A DNA stretch of 64,000 nucleotides from Longimicrobiales bacterium (GTDB lineage Bacteria; Gemmatimonadota; Gemmatimonadetes; Longimicrobiales; Gaopeijiaceae), in NCBI GenBank assembly GCA_965238005.1, contig OZ250165.1, positions 2,656,001 through 2,720,000 of the forward strand, read 5' to 3'. The notes under the pieces are model-generated. The model had not been told where the DNA came from, ran no database searches, and worked only from the letters and a program-made list of their open reading frames with translations. Shown here piece after piece: positions 51,223-63,300 of this stretch. Positions within the stretch are counted from its first letter, which is position 1, and every line of letters starts with the position of its first letter. The position numbers were made by a program, and so were the translations under genes.

Positions 51223-53972
51223 TCAAGCAACCGTCTTTCTGCCTGCCATCTTCGTGTACAGCTCGAACAACTTCTCCAGCCGTTCCGTATCGTTTCGGAA
51301 GCGTCGGCCGATGTAGATGCGCTCGAGCACTTCGTCGTTGCGGTCATGGGCGGCGCGGAGATTCTCCGGCATGCGGTCAGAAGCGTAGAGATCGGCGATC
51401 GTCGCGGGGAAGTGCGCCTCTTGCGCCAACAGGATGTGCTCGGCGCATGCCGTCAGGTCCGCCCTGTTTTTCTCGGTAAGCGTCGGCACGGGAAACGTGT
51501 TCCAACCCAAGGTGTTTGAATACTAGAAATCCGTCCGCAACCGAACACAAACCGTGCCGATCCAAACCCAATGGAGCCGTGACGCGACCAGCGCCATGTT
51601 CCAGAGCGGAGCATCGAAGAGGCCGTAGCACTTGTTCGATATGATGACTCCAGGCGGTAACAGGCCACATGGCAGGTAATCACGATTCTCTGAAGTAATT
51701 CCCGGAACGACGATCGTACTTTCGATTCCGATATTCATCTCGCGAAACTGGTGCGCTCGACTAGCCATCTGGTTGGCACCCTTGTCCCTGCTCTCGAGCC
51801 GCATGGCACGCACGGCCTCCACGCGGCTTCGGATCGACGGAATCGCAAGCGCTTCTTCCAGGTGTTCGTCCTCAATCCACAGGCAGTAACGTGAGAGCCC
51901 GCGAATGAACTCGGCCGAACCGTAGATGCGCCGGATGAATCGGGCCTTCTGTTCGGGGGTCAGTCCCAAGCTCTCTACTTCATCGCGGGTGAGGAGCAGG
52001 TTCCCGCCATCAACAGCCTTGTTGCCAAAGCTCATGTCAGTCAACCCGGACGATGGCGTGGAAGCCTTGTTTACGATCACGTTCGGCCCTGCCACCAAGT
52101 ACACATTGATACTCTTGGCCTCTCTCCGGATCGTCTCCCCATCTTTGCCGACGGAGTAGAGCCTTCGAACGGGCCCCGCGTCGTTCGACATTCCTACGAT
52201 TGCGACGGTTACGCCTGCGTTGTGGCTGGCCAGGTTCGTCCACTTGAAGCTGGTGTGAGCGAAGGCGATCTCCTGGCCCGTGGCAAAGACCGCGGGCCAG
52301 AGGATCGCCGCCTGCTGTCCCTGATTGAGCGAATTCGTGGTCACCAAGGCCGACGCCGCACGGGTCGTCTCCATGTAGCCGGCCGCCTTCATGAACCACC
52401 CGGCCACATAGTCGAGCAACCGCCACTGCTTCACCCTGCCCTTGAAGACCTGCTCGAGGTCTGCCTTCTGTGCCGACGACTGCCACGTACTCCCGAGGTA
52501 CGGGGGATTCCCGCAGATGTACGTCTCCCCGCCCTCGTTCTCGAAGTCGATCTCGGGTTGATCCAGTGGCGTGTGGAACAGGTCATCGCCAACGTGCTTC
52601 ACTCCGGTCCCCGTGGGTGGGCAGATGCCGCTCCAATCCAGCCGCAGGGCGTTCGCACAGGTGATCCAGTTCTCCTTGTCGAGCGGCAGGACCACGGCCA
52701 CTGCCTCCTTCTGCCCGAGATAGAGCACGTTGCACTGATACTCGGCGATGATGAGTGCTAGGCGTGCGATCTCGGCCGAGAAGTCCCTGAGCTCGATCCC
52801 GCGAAAGTTGGTCAGCGGAATGTCGGAACGGCGCCCGCTCTCCCGCCGGCGCCTGTTGATCTCCGCCTCGATCTCCCGCATCTCCTTGTAGGCGATGACA
52901 AGGAAGTTGCCCGAACCGCACGCCGGGTCGAACACCCGGATCCGAGCCATGCGGTTGCGCAGATTCAGGAGCTTGCGGTTGTTGTCACCGGCCTCCTGGA
53001 GCTGCTCGCGCAGATCATTGAAGAACAGCGGGTTGAGGACCTTAAGGATGTTCGGCACGCTCGTGTAGTGCATGCCCAGGTCGCCGCGTTCCTGCTCATC
53101 CGCGACCGCCTGGATCATCGATCCGAAGATGTCCGGGTTGATCTTTTTCCAGTCGAGACTGCCGATGTGAAGAAGTAGGATCGCGCGATCCGGCTGAAAC
53201 GCGGTACCTCCGTCGAGTCCGAGAACAGTCCACCGTTGACGTATGGGAACACTGCGGCCCAGCGGGAGAGGTTTGCCGTCTCGCGTTTCTCCATACTGGT
53301 GTTCATGGCACGGAAGATCTCGTCGATTACCTCATGGGTGTTCGAACCATCGGGGGTGCTCATCTGCTCGATCGTGCCGGTGAACGGGGCCTGGTCGGGG
53401 AAGATATTGGTGTCCTCCGCGAAGAAGCAGAAAATGAGCCGCGCCATGAAACGGTTCATGTCATGCTGCCGGTCGGTGGCGCCCCAGTCGGCGTTGTCCT
53501 TCAGCAACTCGACATAGAGCCGGTTCAGCCGCCCAGTGGCCTTGATGTCGAAGGCGCTCTCGCGGATCTGCGTGACGGTCGTGATCCCGGCGAGCGGCAG
53601 GAAGAAACCGAAATGCTCGTGAAAGTCGGGATATTCGCAGACGACGATGTCGCCGCTCTCCACATCCTCGGCGTGGAACTCTCGCCCGTCGGTCGACAGG
53701 ACGAACTTCGCCTTGGCCCGGGTGGTCTCTGGACTCGCCTTCAGGGCGGCCAGCGCAGCCGCGGCCTCGCCCTCCGGGGCGACCTTGATATGGATGTTGT
53801 TCCGCTGGAGGACCCCACCGATATCGGACCGATTCGTAGTGCCGGCGCGGAGCCGCTTGATGGTTGTCCGCTTGTTTCCGAACGCTTCCAGGAAGGTGAA
53901 GGGAAACTCGCCCGGATCGAACAGCTCCCCGGCGAGGTCGGAGACAGCCTCTTCAATCTCGACGGCATTCAT
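51223..53972 (-). pseudogene. MmeI-like DNA methyltransferase (YeeA-like), disrupted
   Basis: RLIFCFFAED, PYVNGGLF, GMHYTS, DPACGSGNF, GNPPY, YSNTLGWNTFP; frameshift near 53175 and TAG at 51523-51525. Confidence 0.9.
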
Positions 53973-54361
53973 CGGTCATTCTAGATTCGCCTCGACCATC
54001 GTGGACCCCATCCGACAACCGCAAGATAACACGGGCGAAAGACTGCCACCGAGAATCCTCCGCGACCCGCGATCCGCGTTGCGACCGCGCCCCTCTGCCC
54101 GGCGATTTCGATGCAATCGTCACGGTCGACCTCGCGCACGATCTCTGCCGCCCAGCCGTGCAAGCGGAAGGGTTTCAGCACCGTCCGCTCCACCTCCCAC
54201 CGAAGAAGGTCCAGACGCGGGTTCGCAGAGATCACTCGGCCCCTCCATGTCGGCAACTCTCCCTCGGGCTCCGGCAGGAGCCGGAAGAACGAGGACGCAT
54301 CCCCCGGATGGACGCGCAGCGTCCCGCCGGCCGATTCGAGCATGTGGACGATCGCCGACCT

Positions 54362-54513
54362 CCGCGGGCCAGACCGACCTCTGCCTCCCGCAGTGCAGTG
54401 ATGATCTGCTCCGGAGTGTGTCGCTTCCTTCCCATCCTGACCTCCTCGCTGAAAAGCTTTAGACCAGGTCGATCCTAACATTGCACCTGGTCTCGTTTCA
54501 GGGGGTCAGGTCA
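54362..54513 (-). mobile_element. IS3-family left-end remnant
   Basis: TGACCTGACCCCCTGAAAC end and MGRKRHTPEQIITALREAEV; truncates AbiEii. Confidence 0.75.
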
Positions 54514-54921
54514 CCCGGCGCGTGCAAGCCCTTCCTGGACGAACGGGCCGGCCCGCCCGCGGACCCATTCGGCAAGGCGGGGACGGATCGCCTTTGTCCA
54601 GCGCCTCTCCTGACTGCGCGTGAGCGGCAGCGGCTCGTCGCCGGCACCGGCAACCAGATCCGGTGCGAAGCCGCGGATGTCGTAGGTGATGTCGATGTCT
54701 TCCGAGAACCGCCGGATCGCGCGCCACACCTTGGACAAGGAGGTGCCGCCCTTGAACACCAACTGATAGCCGAACGGGGCGTCGAACAGGACGCCGAGGG
54801 TTGCGACCACCCAGATGTCTTTCTCGAGCACGAACGCCGGGTGCGGGCATTCGGCTTGAGCGGCACGCAAGGCATGACGGCGCTCTTCGGACGCCAGGCG
54901 CTGAAACAGTGCTTCAGCCAT
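54511..54921 (-). pseudogene. AbiEii/AbiGii nucleotidyltransferase toxin, 3'-truncated
   Basis: EKDIW, FKGGTSLSK, RFSEDID. Confidence 0.88.
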
Positions 54922-55276
54922 GCGCCAGACGCGTGCTCAGCGGCTCCGCCATCCACACCGACTCTCGAAGCCCTTGATCCGTTGCCGCGGCAGGCACGGC
55001 ATCCCGCTCGGCGACCGCCCCGCGCCCCGGCATGTGAAACCTGTCACTTCCGTGTGGGCGACGCCAAGTCGGCCGTGCCCGGGCCGACCTTCCGGTCGAG
55101 CCCTAAGACCCTTGACGGGAACCTCTGGCGAGCGCTGCGGAGGGTGTGTCTGCCATGCCACTGGCGGAGCCATCCAACAGCTCGCGTACCGGACTGGCTA
55201 TCTCTAGACACTACAGGCATTTAGGATATTTCCTAAGAGTTGACTTCCTTGCATGCGGGTCTTCACCGTTGTGGCC

Positions 55277-55792
55277 ATGGAGACGCTGGAGCAGCAGTTC
55301 AACTCGCGGGTGAGGGTGTTCCTCGGAGGCACGGGCCTGAGTTCGACGGCGTTCGGCATGAAGGCGCTGGGCGACCCGAACCTGATGCGCCAGATCGACG
55401 GCGGACGCTCGCTGTCGCTGAGAACGGCGGACCGGGTTCTGGCGTTCATGGCGGACTACGACCTGGACTCGGGCGGCCCTCGGACTCCGCCCCGAGGCCA
55501 CCGGCGCCGGAAGCCTTCGTCACGGGCGAGGAGAACGAGGAGGAGCAGAGCGATGAGTGAACAACCGATCGAACAGAGAACGAACCCGCCGACCCGCTTC
55601 CTGCGGCGGCCGGAGGTGACGGCCCGCACGGGCCTGTCGCGGAGCACGATCTAGGTGCGGCTGGCCGAGGGGCGCTTCCCCCGGCCGGTCTCGCTGGGCT
55701 CGCGCGCCGTGGGCTGGATCGAGGCGGAGCTGGACGAGTGGATCCGCGAACGGATCGCGGAAAGCCGGGACACGGAGAGTGCCGCCCACTGA
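55277..55792 (+). pseudogene. Cro-like HTH ORF in frame with an AlpA regulator (AlpA ATG 55553, TAG at 55652)
   Basis: STAFG..GDPNL..GRS; FLRRPEV..TGLSRSTI*..FPRPVSLG..AVGW. Confidence 0.8.
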
Positions 55793-55817
55793 CCCTTAAG
55801 GAGATAACGAACAGACG

Positions 55818-56027
55818 ATGAGAAACGTTGTTGAGGACGGTGACGGCCGACTTCGATCTCGTCCACCTCAGGGACGGACAGGAGATCCGGCGCGAGCGCT
55901 GGTCGCTCATGCTGCGGTTCGAGTTCCTCTACCGCATCCCCCCGAGCTCGTCGTCTACAACCCCATGGGCATCCTCATCACCTACCTCCAGGTCGACCGG
56001 GCGCTCGTGACCGGGGACGGGCGATGA
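55818..56027 (+). pseudogene. VirB8/TrbF-like C-terminal fragment
   Basis: Frameshifted RERW..LVVYNPMGILITY (NPxG motif). Confidence 0.55.
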
Positions 56028-56299
56028 TCGCCCATTTGCGTGGCCGCGAACAGGCGCTCGAGCCCTTCGGCTGGAAGGAACGCAAGGCCGAGTGGATCGC
56101 GCTCGCCTGCCTCCACAGCGGCGCCTTCACCCGCGCCCAGGCGACGCGGTTCCTGGACACGCATCACGAACGGGCGCGCCGCCTCGTCCACGCGCTGATC
56201 GCGCATGGCCTGGTAGCGGAGGAGACCGTGCCCCGCGTCCGGGGGATCGGCCGCGTGTGCCGGATCCACGCCGACTCCGTTATAACTTATTATGGATAA
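56024..56299 (+). pseudogene. Truncated ICE-type hypothetical protein
   Basis: AEWIALACLHSGAFTRAQ; runs into the AT-rich end sequence at 56281. Confidence 0.5.
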
Positions 56300-56390
56300 T
56301 ATACTTAAGACTACTTAACCCACTCTGCTCCCCTTATTACACCCCTCTTTCTGAACGGGAATCCAGTGGACCGTAACGGAGGTTCCCGGA
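56281..56390 (+). repeat. AT-rich 110-bp island-end sequence, copy 2
   Basis: See 36448-36557. Confidence 0.7.
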
Positions 56391-56485
56391 GGAGGCGAAG
56401 GAGAAAACCTTGCGGGAGGGCAGTTTGTCGATGGCCCCTGTCCTCTCTGATTGCGAACGATTCAGATGGTTATCGTCTCAGATCA

Positions 56486-56710
56486 CTACGCGTTGCCACG
56501 GCTCGCGGCGATCTGTTCTCGGATCCACGCATCCACCTCGGACTCGATCCAGCCGACGGCGCGCGCGCCTAGCCGGATCGGTTGGGGAAAGCTCCCGTCG
56601 GCCACCCGCACGTAGATCGTGCTCCGCGCCAGCCCGGTGCGGGCCTGCACTCGAGGTAACCGCAGGACGCGCGCGGGCGCGTCCATGCCCTGTTCCATTG
56701 CTCTGGTCAT
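56486..56710 (-). CDS. alpA: AlpA-family regulator/excisionase
   Basis: VLRLPRV..TGLARSTIY..FPQPIRLG..AVGWIESEVDAW. Confidence 0.9.
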   Translation of the reverse strand: MTRAMEQGMDAPARVLRLPRVQARTGLARSTIYVRVADGSFPQPIRLGARAVGWIESEVDAWIREQIAASRGNA

Positions 56711-57346
56711 CGGTCTGCCTCCGTTCTGTTCGGGGAAAAATTCCGGGGCGCGTTGCCCCGGGAGGGAACAGGGGCCACTTGGGCCCGGCTGCAGGCTCGA
56801 TGGACACCGGGACCTGACAGGCCACCGCCAGCCTCGGGGATCGGCCAGGACGGAGCTGACGCACCAGGTTGAGATAGCCCACCGCCTGTGCAGGCCGAAC
56901 GTCGACGGCGTCACGCCCGTGCGCTCGAGGGATGCATCCACTCGCGATTCGAAGTGCCTCGTCAGCGTCTCCATGGCAGTTGGGGTCGAGACCGGGCATG
57001 TGAGGACCCGCTCATGCACTGCGGCGCGTGGCCGAGCGCGACCGGATGCCGCCCCGGAGGGTGGTGCTAAGTGAGTCGAAGGCCAGCCGACGGATCGCGG
57101 CGAAGGGCTGCACCGTGCGGTGCATTGACATCGATGCCGGCAGGGCGGCCAGTGCGGGCGGCCGCGACTAGAAGCTGACGCCACAGGGGAGCCATGAGAT
57201 GTTTCGACCGCAGGATCGAACCGGGCCTGCGGCCGGCCGCGCGACAAAGCCGCCCTGGCCCACCGCATGCGGGACGGCCATCGCCCGGAGTACGACCCTC
57301 GCAAGGACACCCGGATCCGCCGGGGACACTACTCGTCCGCCGGCGC

Positions 57347-60300
57347 CTACCAGCCCACTGTGAGTCGGCCCACCAGGCTGTGGTCGGCGTCTCCCCGGCC
57401 CAGGCTCTCGCGGCGCTGGGCGTCGAGGCCGAACTGGAAGCTCATGGCGCCACCCTGCACGACAGCCAGGCTGTAGCCCAGCCGGTAGTCGCGCCCGTAC
57501 TCGGAAGTCGTGACGCCGAACCTCGGGGTCCCCACCAGCCGACTCCCGACCGGCAGCGCATAGCCGAGCTCGGCGTCGATGCGGTCGCCCGATCCCGGGC
57601 CTGCCGCCCCGAGCCCCTCCATCGTATCGCGGCCCCAGAGCGCGTCGGCACCGCTCATCGCCTGACCGCCCCAGGACGGCGCCACCCGCGCCGTCAGCCC
57701 CAGCGGCGTCTGTGGCGTCGGGTCGTAGCTGAACGACACCGACACGCCCCGTTCCCTGAACCCTTCGTCCTGATGCACGAGCAGCGTCCGCACCCGCACG
57801 TCGACCGACAGCCCGGTCAGCGGGTCCGATGCGATCAGGCTCGCGGCGACGTCCGCGCCCGCGCCCGTCTCCGCGTCCCCGCCATCACGCCTGAGCCCGA
57901 CCTCGAGGCTCGGCCGCAGCACGATTCCATGCCCGAACACGTAGCCCCTCGAGGCCTCGAGCGCTGTCCGCACACGCGTCACCACCGCTTCGGTCCCAGC
58001 CAGGCGGCCTGCCGGACCGTCCACGGCCTCGCTGCCCGTGCCGACCCACAGCGCGTCCGCCTTGAACGCAAGCCCGAACCCGCCGACACCGGCATCCACC
58101 AGATCGCCCCTCACGCCCCCGGCGAGCATCGACATCGAGAGCCCGCCCTTGAGCGACGTCGGGGACGTCAGAGGCGTCGAGAGCGCCAGTGTCTCGCCCG
58201 GTGTCAGGCTCAGCGAGCCCCTCCCGTATCCGGTCACGCCCCAGAGCGTGACCCGCTCAGTCAGCTGGTAGCCCACCCAGGGGTGGAGCCCCGTCACCGA
58301 CGAGGCCACCTGGCCGATATCGGTCCCCTGGTAGCCGCCCAGGCCCCGCCGGTGCGAGAGCATCAGCCCGGCCATCAGCGGCCCCTTCGCGTAGTCGGCC
58401 CCGAACATCGTCGTCCTGACCCCGCCGTCGAGCGACAGCTCACCGTCCCGGCCGCCGAACCGCGACTCCATCCCGCGGCTCCAGAGCGACACGCTCGCGC
58501 CCCCGCCCGTCTCGCGGTTCAACACGAACCCCGAGCCCATCAGCAGGTCGCCGCCTCCCAGACCCCTCCGCAAGAGTTCCGCGCCGCTCAGATCGGACTG
58601 GACACCCGTCGTATCCCGGGCACCCGCAACTGCGGTGGACTGAAGCCGGCTCAGGAAGTTCCGGCCCATATCGCGCTCCATCCCACGCCTGAGCTCACGG
58701 CCCGCGAACCGGCCCCGGAAGCCCGAAGCTCTGGACGCCTCCAGCCGCGCCTCCACCTGCTCCATCACGTGCAGCGCCGTCGCCCGCCCGAACCGGGCCA
58801 ACAACGCCCGCGGCAGCGGATCGGTGTTCTCGATCGTTCCGGTCGCCTCGGCGTCCGCGACGGCCGCCCCCGAGGGACTGCTCAAGGTCAGCGTCAACGT
58901 CTCCTCGCCCTCGTTGTGCGAATCGTCGAGGACCGTGACCGAGACGGTCTTCACCGTGTCCCCGGCCGCGAACGTCAGCGTGCCTCTCGTGGCCGTGTAG
59001 TCCATGCCCGCCTGTGCGCTGCCGTCCGCCGTGGCGTAGTCGACCGTGACCGTCTCCGACGCCGGGCGGCTCAAGCTCACCACGAAGTCGAGCGTTGCGC
59101 CCGGAGCCTCGTGGACCTCGGCATTGGCGACCGAGAGCGAGGCGGGACCATAGACCGTCAGGCGAAGGTCGCCGGTCAGCAGCTGTCCGCCGGCGGTGCA
59201 GACGGCGTGCGCCTCGGAGCACGAACTCGCGGTGCGCACGGCGATGCGCACGTCTTCGTTCGCGTCGGGGGTAATGGTGATGGCCCAGCCCTGGTTCTCG
59301 CCCTTGGTGAGCCGCTTGGCCCGCGTCACGGTGCCGCCGGTGACGTCGAGCAGGTGGTCGCGCACCGTGCGGTAGCTGAGTCCCGCGGGGTTCTGGTTCT
59401 TGCCGAGCTGGAGGTGGAAGGTGAAGGCGCTGCCGTCGTGCTCGCTCGGTGTGCGGTCGAAGTAGGCGAGGAATGGCGTCACGCTCGTGCGCACCGTCGC
59501 GGAGAGCGTGCTCGTGAGCCTTCGCCCGTCGACGGTGCAGAGCGCCCCGTCGGCCGCGCAGTCGGTGGTGGCGGGCAGCGCGACGGTGACATCGCCTTGA
59601 CCGTCGGGCGTCACCGTGACGGCCCACTTGGCCGTCTCGCCGGCGACGAGCACCGCGGCGGTCACCGAGCCGCCGGTGACGTCGAACGCGCCGCGGACGG
59701 CTGCCGCGTCCGCAGTGACCGCTTCGCTGAACGCCACGCGGAACGAGAAGGCGCTGCCGTCGTGGGTCTCGGGCATGCCCTCGAACGCCGCCGTGAGCGG
59801 GTCCTGCACCGGGATCACCGGGCTGCCCGCCCGCGCCGCGCCGACGTGCGACCGATCCGCCGCCACGCCCGTCGCGCCGTCGATCGCCCCGCCGTTGAGC
59901 ACCAGCGTATTCGGCGGCACGATCACCGAGGACACGGTCCCATCCGCTGCGGCCACCGGGTAGCGGAACACCAGGGACCTCGTCTCGGACCCCCGGGCAT
60001 ACGCCGCCGCCCGCGGCGCGGTCCCGTTCAACTGCAGCCCGATCGAGGGCGTGCCGCCGCCCGTCTTCACCGTCACCGCCTCGCTGAACGTCAGCGTCAC
60101 CTCCACCGCCTCGCCCGGCGTCCACGCGCCATCGGCGCCGGGATCCGACACCACCGGAGCCCCCGCAATCGTCGCCGGCGCGTCCTCCGCCGTCGCCTCC
60201 GCCGTCGCCGTCGCCGGCACCACCTGCACCCGCACCTCCGGCGCACTGAACTTGCCCGACGCCCGGTGCTCGATCCGCACAGGGCCGAGCGTCGCGTCCC

Positions 60301-63300
60301 CGGCCGCCACCACCGTCACCTCCCGCGACCGGAACCAATTCGCGGGAACGAACGTCAGACGCTCCGGCGTCACGCGGACCCCGGCCGACTCGGACGGCGG
60401 CGTCGGGCGCACCGTCGAACCCAGGCTGGTCGTCCCCACGACCCACACCCCCGGGCGCATGAGGCGCACCCGGTACGAGGTCGTCCCCCCCTGCTCGACC
60501 GTGACCGAGGGGGGCGACACCTCCACCCGGTACCGCGTGCCCGGGTTGCCCTGGGTCAGCAGCCGCGTGAGCGCCGGCAGTTTTTCGAGCTCCGCCAGCG
60601 GGACGCTCTGCAGCCGGTTGTTCCGCAGGTCCAGCCACTCCAGCGACGTCAGCCCGTCGAAGACCCCCGATCCCAGCGAGCTCAAGCGGTTGTCGCTCAG
60701 CACCAGCTCGGTGAGCCCCCGCAACGGATCGAACACGCCCGGGGAGAGCGAGGCGAGCTGGCCGCGTTCAAGGTTCAGGGACCTAAGCGACGTCAGCCCG
60801 TCGAACACCCCAGCGGGCAGCGACGTCAGCGGCTGATCGAAGAAACTCAGCCGCCGCACCCCCGTCAACCCCGCAAAATCCCCGCGCCGCAAACTCGTGA
60901 CCGGCCCGTCGTCGTCCTGGAACTCCAGGTACGTCGCCCGCGCCAGCCAGTCCGCCGTCACCCCCGAACACGTCCCCGTATACCCCGGGCTCACGGCAAG
61001 CGTGAGCACTCTCAGGATCTCGTTCCTCACCGCCGCCGTGCGCCCGCAAATGCCCGTCCCGACACTCGCCACGCCCACCGTCACGATCACCGTGGCCGTC
61101 GCCGTCGCCTCCCCGTCGCTCACCGTGTAGGTGAACCGGGCCGTGCCCGTAAAGCCACTGCTCGGCGTATACACCACCCGGGTGTTGTCCGCGTTCGGCG
61201 CCGCGGTGCCGGAGGTGGGGGGCGTCACCGCCGCCACCGTCAGGGCATCGTCCTCGGCGTCGCGGTCGTTGGACAGCACATCGATCGTCACCGCCTCGCC
61301 CGCCCCGGTCGCCACGTTGTCGTTCGCCGCCACCGGCGCGGTATTCACCGTCGTCGGGCCGGTGACGACCGACCGGCTGCCGTCCACCTTGTGCCCCGCG
61401 TGATTCGTCGCGTCTATGCTGTGTGTGAGCACCGCGTCCCGCCCGCCCAACCCCTGGATCGTGCTGCCGCCGGTGAGCTCCACCGCGGGCGAAAAACCGG
61501 TATAGACGCCGTCGTCATCCATGTCGGTCGCCTGCACCACGTACACGAACGACAGCGTGGCCGTGCCCGAGCCGCCGTCGTAGTCCGCAAACTCACGATC
61601 CGGCGGGGCCAGCGGAATCCCCAACTCGAACCGCGGCATGCCGCTCACCACCACCACCTGGTCGAACTCCACCTCGAAGCGGATCTCTTCGTCCACCCCG
61701 TAGGTGTCGTCTTCCAGCACCGGCGTCGAGACCACCCGGAGCGCGGTGATCTGCGGCTGCGTGTTGACCTTGTGCGCATCCTGCCGGCCCCGCCCGCCGT
61801 AGGCGTCCACCACCGCCGCAACGTCGTCCGCCGTGATCGATCCCATGTTCAGCTCCAGGGCGCCGTCGGTCGCGCCGTCACGCAGGAACACCCCGTCGTC
61901 GTCCTGGTCTTCCGTTTCCACCGTGTAGCGGAACACCAGCGTGGTCGTGCCCGACCCCGAGATGTAGCCCGCCTTCCTGGCGCCCCGCGGGTCGATGCCG
62001 ATCTGGTGGCTCGGCGTGCCGTCCGTCGTGTCCACCGTCACCGCCTCGCTGAACACCACCGACACCTCGATGGTGTCGCCGGTCACGTAGCCGGTCACGA
62101 CGGGCGGCGTGGACGTCAACGCCACCGACGTCACCGTCGCCGCGCCGGTGTTCGTGGCGCCATCGACCTTGTGGTTCGGCTTATCTCCTCGGCCGACGGT
62201 GAGGGCGAGGTTGGCCGCGGTTTCCGTGTCCTTGGCCACGATCACGCCGTTCGAGCCCAGGGTGATCGCGCTGTTCGGGGTCACGTCGCTGTCGTTGACG
62301 AGGAAGATGCCGTTATCGTCCATGTCGCCGAACTGCACCGTGTAGGCGAACACCAGCACGGTCGTGCCCGTGCCGGAGGCGTAGGCCGCGTCGGTGCTTA
62401 CCGCTTCCCCGGCATTCCCCATCGAGAACGTCAGCGACGGGGTGCCCCTCACGTCCACCGCCGCGCTGAAGGTCACGGAGATCTCGATCGTCTCGTCCGT
62501 GTCGTAGGTGTTCGCCGCGACGGGGGTCGAGGTCACCGCGAGGCCCGTGATCGTCGGTGCGCCGGTGTTCGTGGCGCCATCGACCTTGTGGTTCGGCTTA
62601 TCTCCTCGGCCGACGGTGAGGGCGAGGTTGGCCGCGGTTTCCGTGTCCTTGGCCACGATCACGCCGTTCGAGCCCAGGGTGATCGCGCTGTTCGGGGTCA
62701 CGTCGCTGTCGTTGACGAGGAAGATGCCGTTATCGTCCATGTCGCCGAACTGCACCGTGTAGGCGAACACCAGCACGGTCGTGCCCGTGCCGGAGGCGTA
62801 GGCCGCGTCGGTGCTTACCGCTTCCCCGGCATTCCCCATCGAGAACGTCAGCGACGGGGTGCCCCTCACGTCCACCGCCGCGCTGAAGGTCACGGAGATC
62901 TCGATCGTCTCGTCCGTGTCGTAGGTGTTCGCCGCGACGGGGGTCGAGGTCACCGCGAGGCCCGTGATCGTCGGCGCGGCAACGCCGGTAGTGTTGGTGA
63001 CCGCCTGGTCGGTGAAGGTCGCCACCTCGTTGCCGTTCGCATCGACCAGCGTGTTGTTGCTGCCCGAGGCGGGCTTGGTGTAGCTCACCTTGACATCGGT
63101 GTCCGTGCTCACCACCGCCGCGGCCAGGGTCAGGGTCACCGTGGCGCCGCTGATGGACGGCGTGTCGCTCAGGGTGACCTCTGCCTCGGTGCCCGCATCC
63201 GGGGTCTTCTTCACCGTGAAGGGGGTGTTCACCAGGGAGGTGGCGGCGGCGAGGTCCTTATCGAAGGTGATGACCAGCGACGTGCCGTCGACCGTGGCCG

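Noticed and set aside
44777..55654. Three in-frame TAG stops (44777, 51523, 55652) suggesting amber recoding
   Set aside because: They appear to replace different residues (probably Trp, Ser, Tyr), each one substitution away; TAG ends many normal genes here and frameshifts co-occur, so this is decay or sequencing error.
62142..62974. DGR template/variable repeat pair
   Set aside because: Copies are tandem and in frame with no adenine-specific differences seen; no reverse transcriptase in the window.
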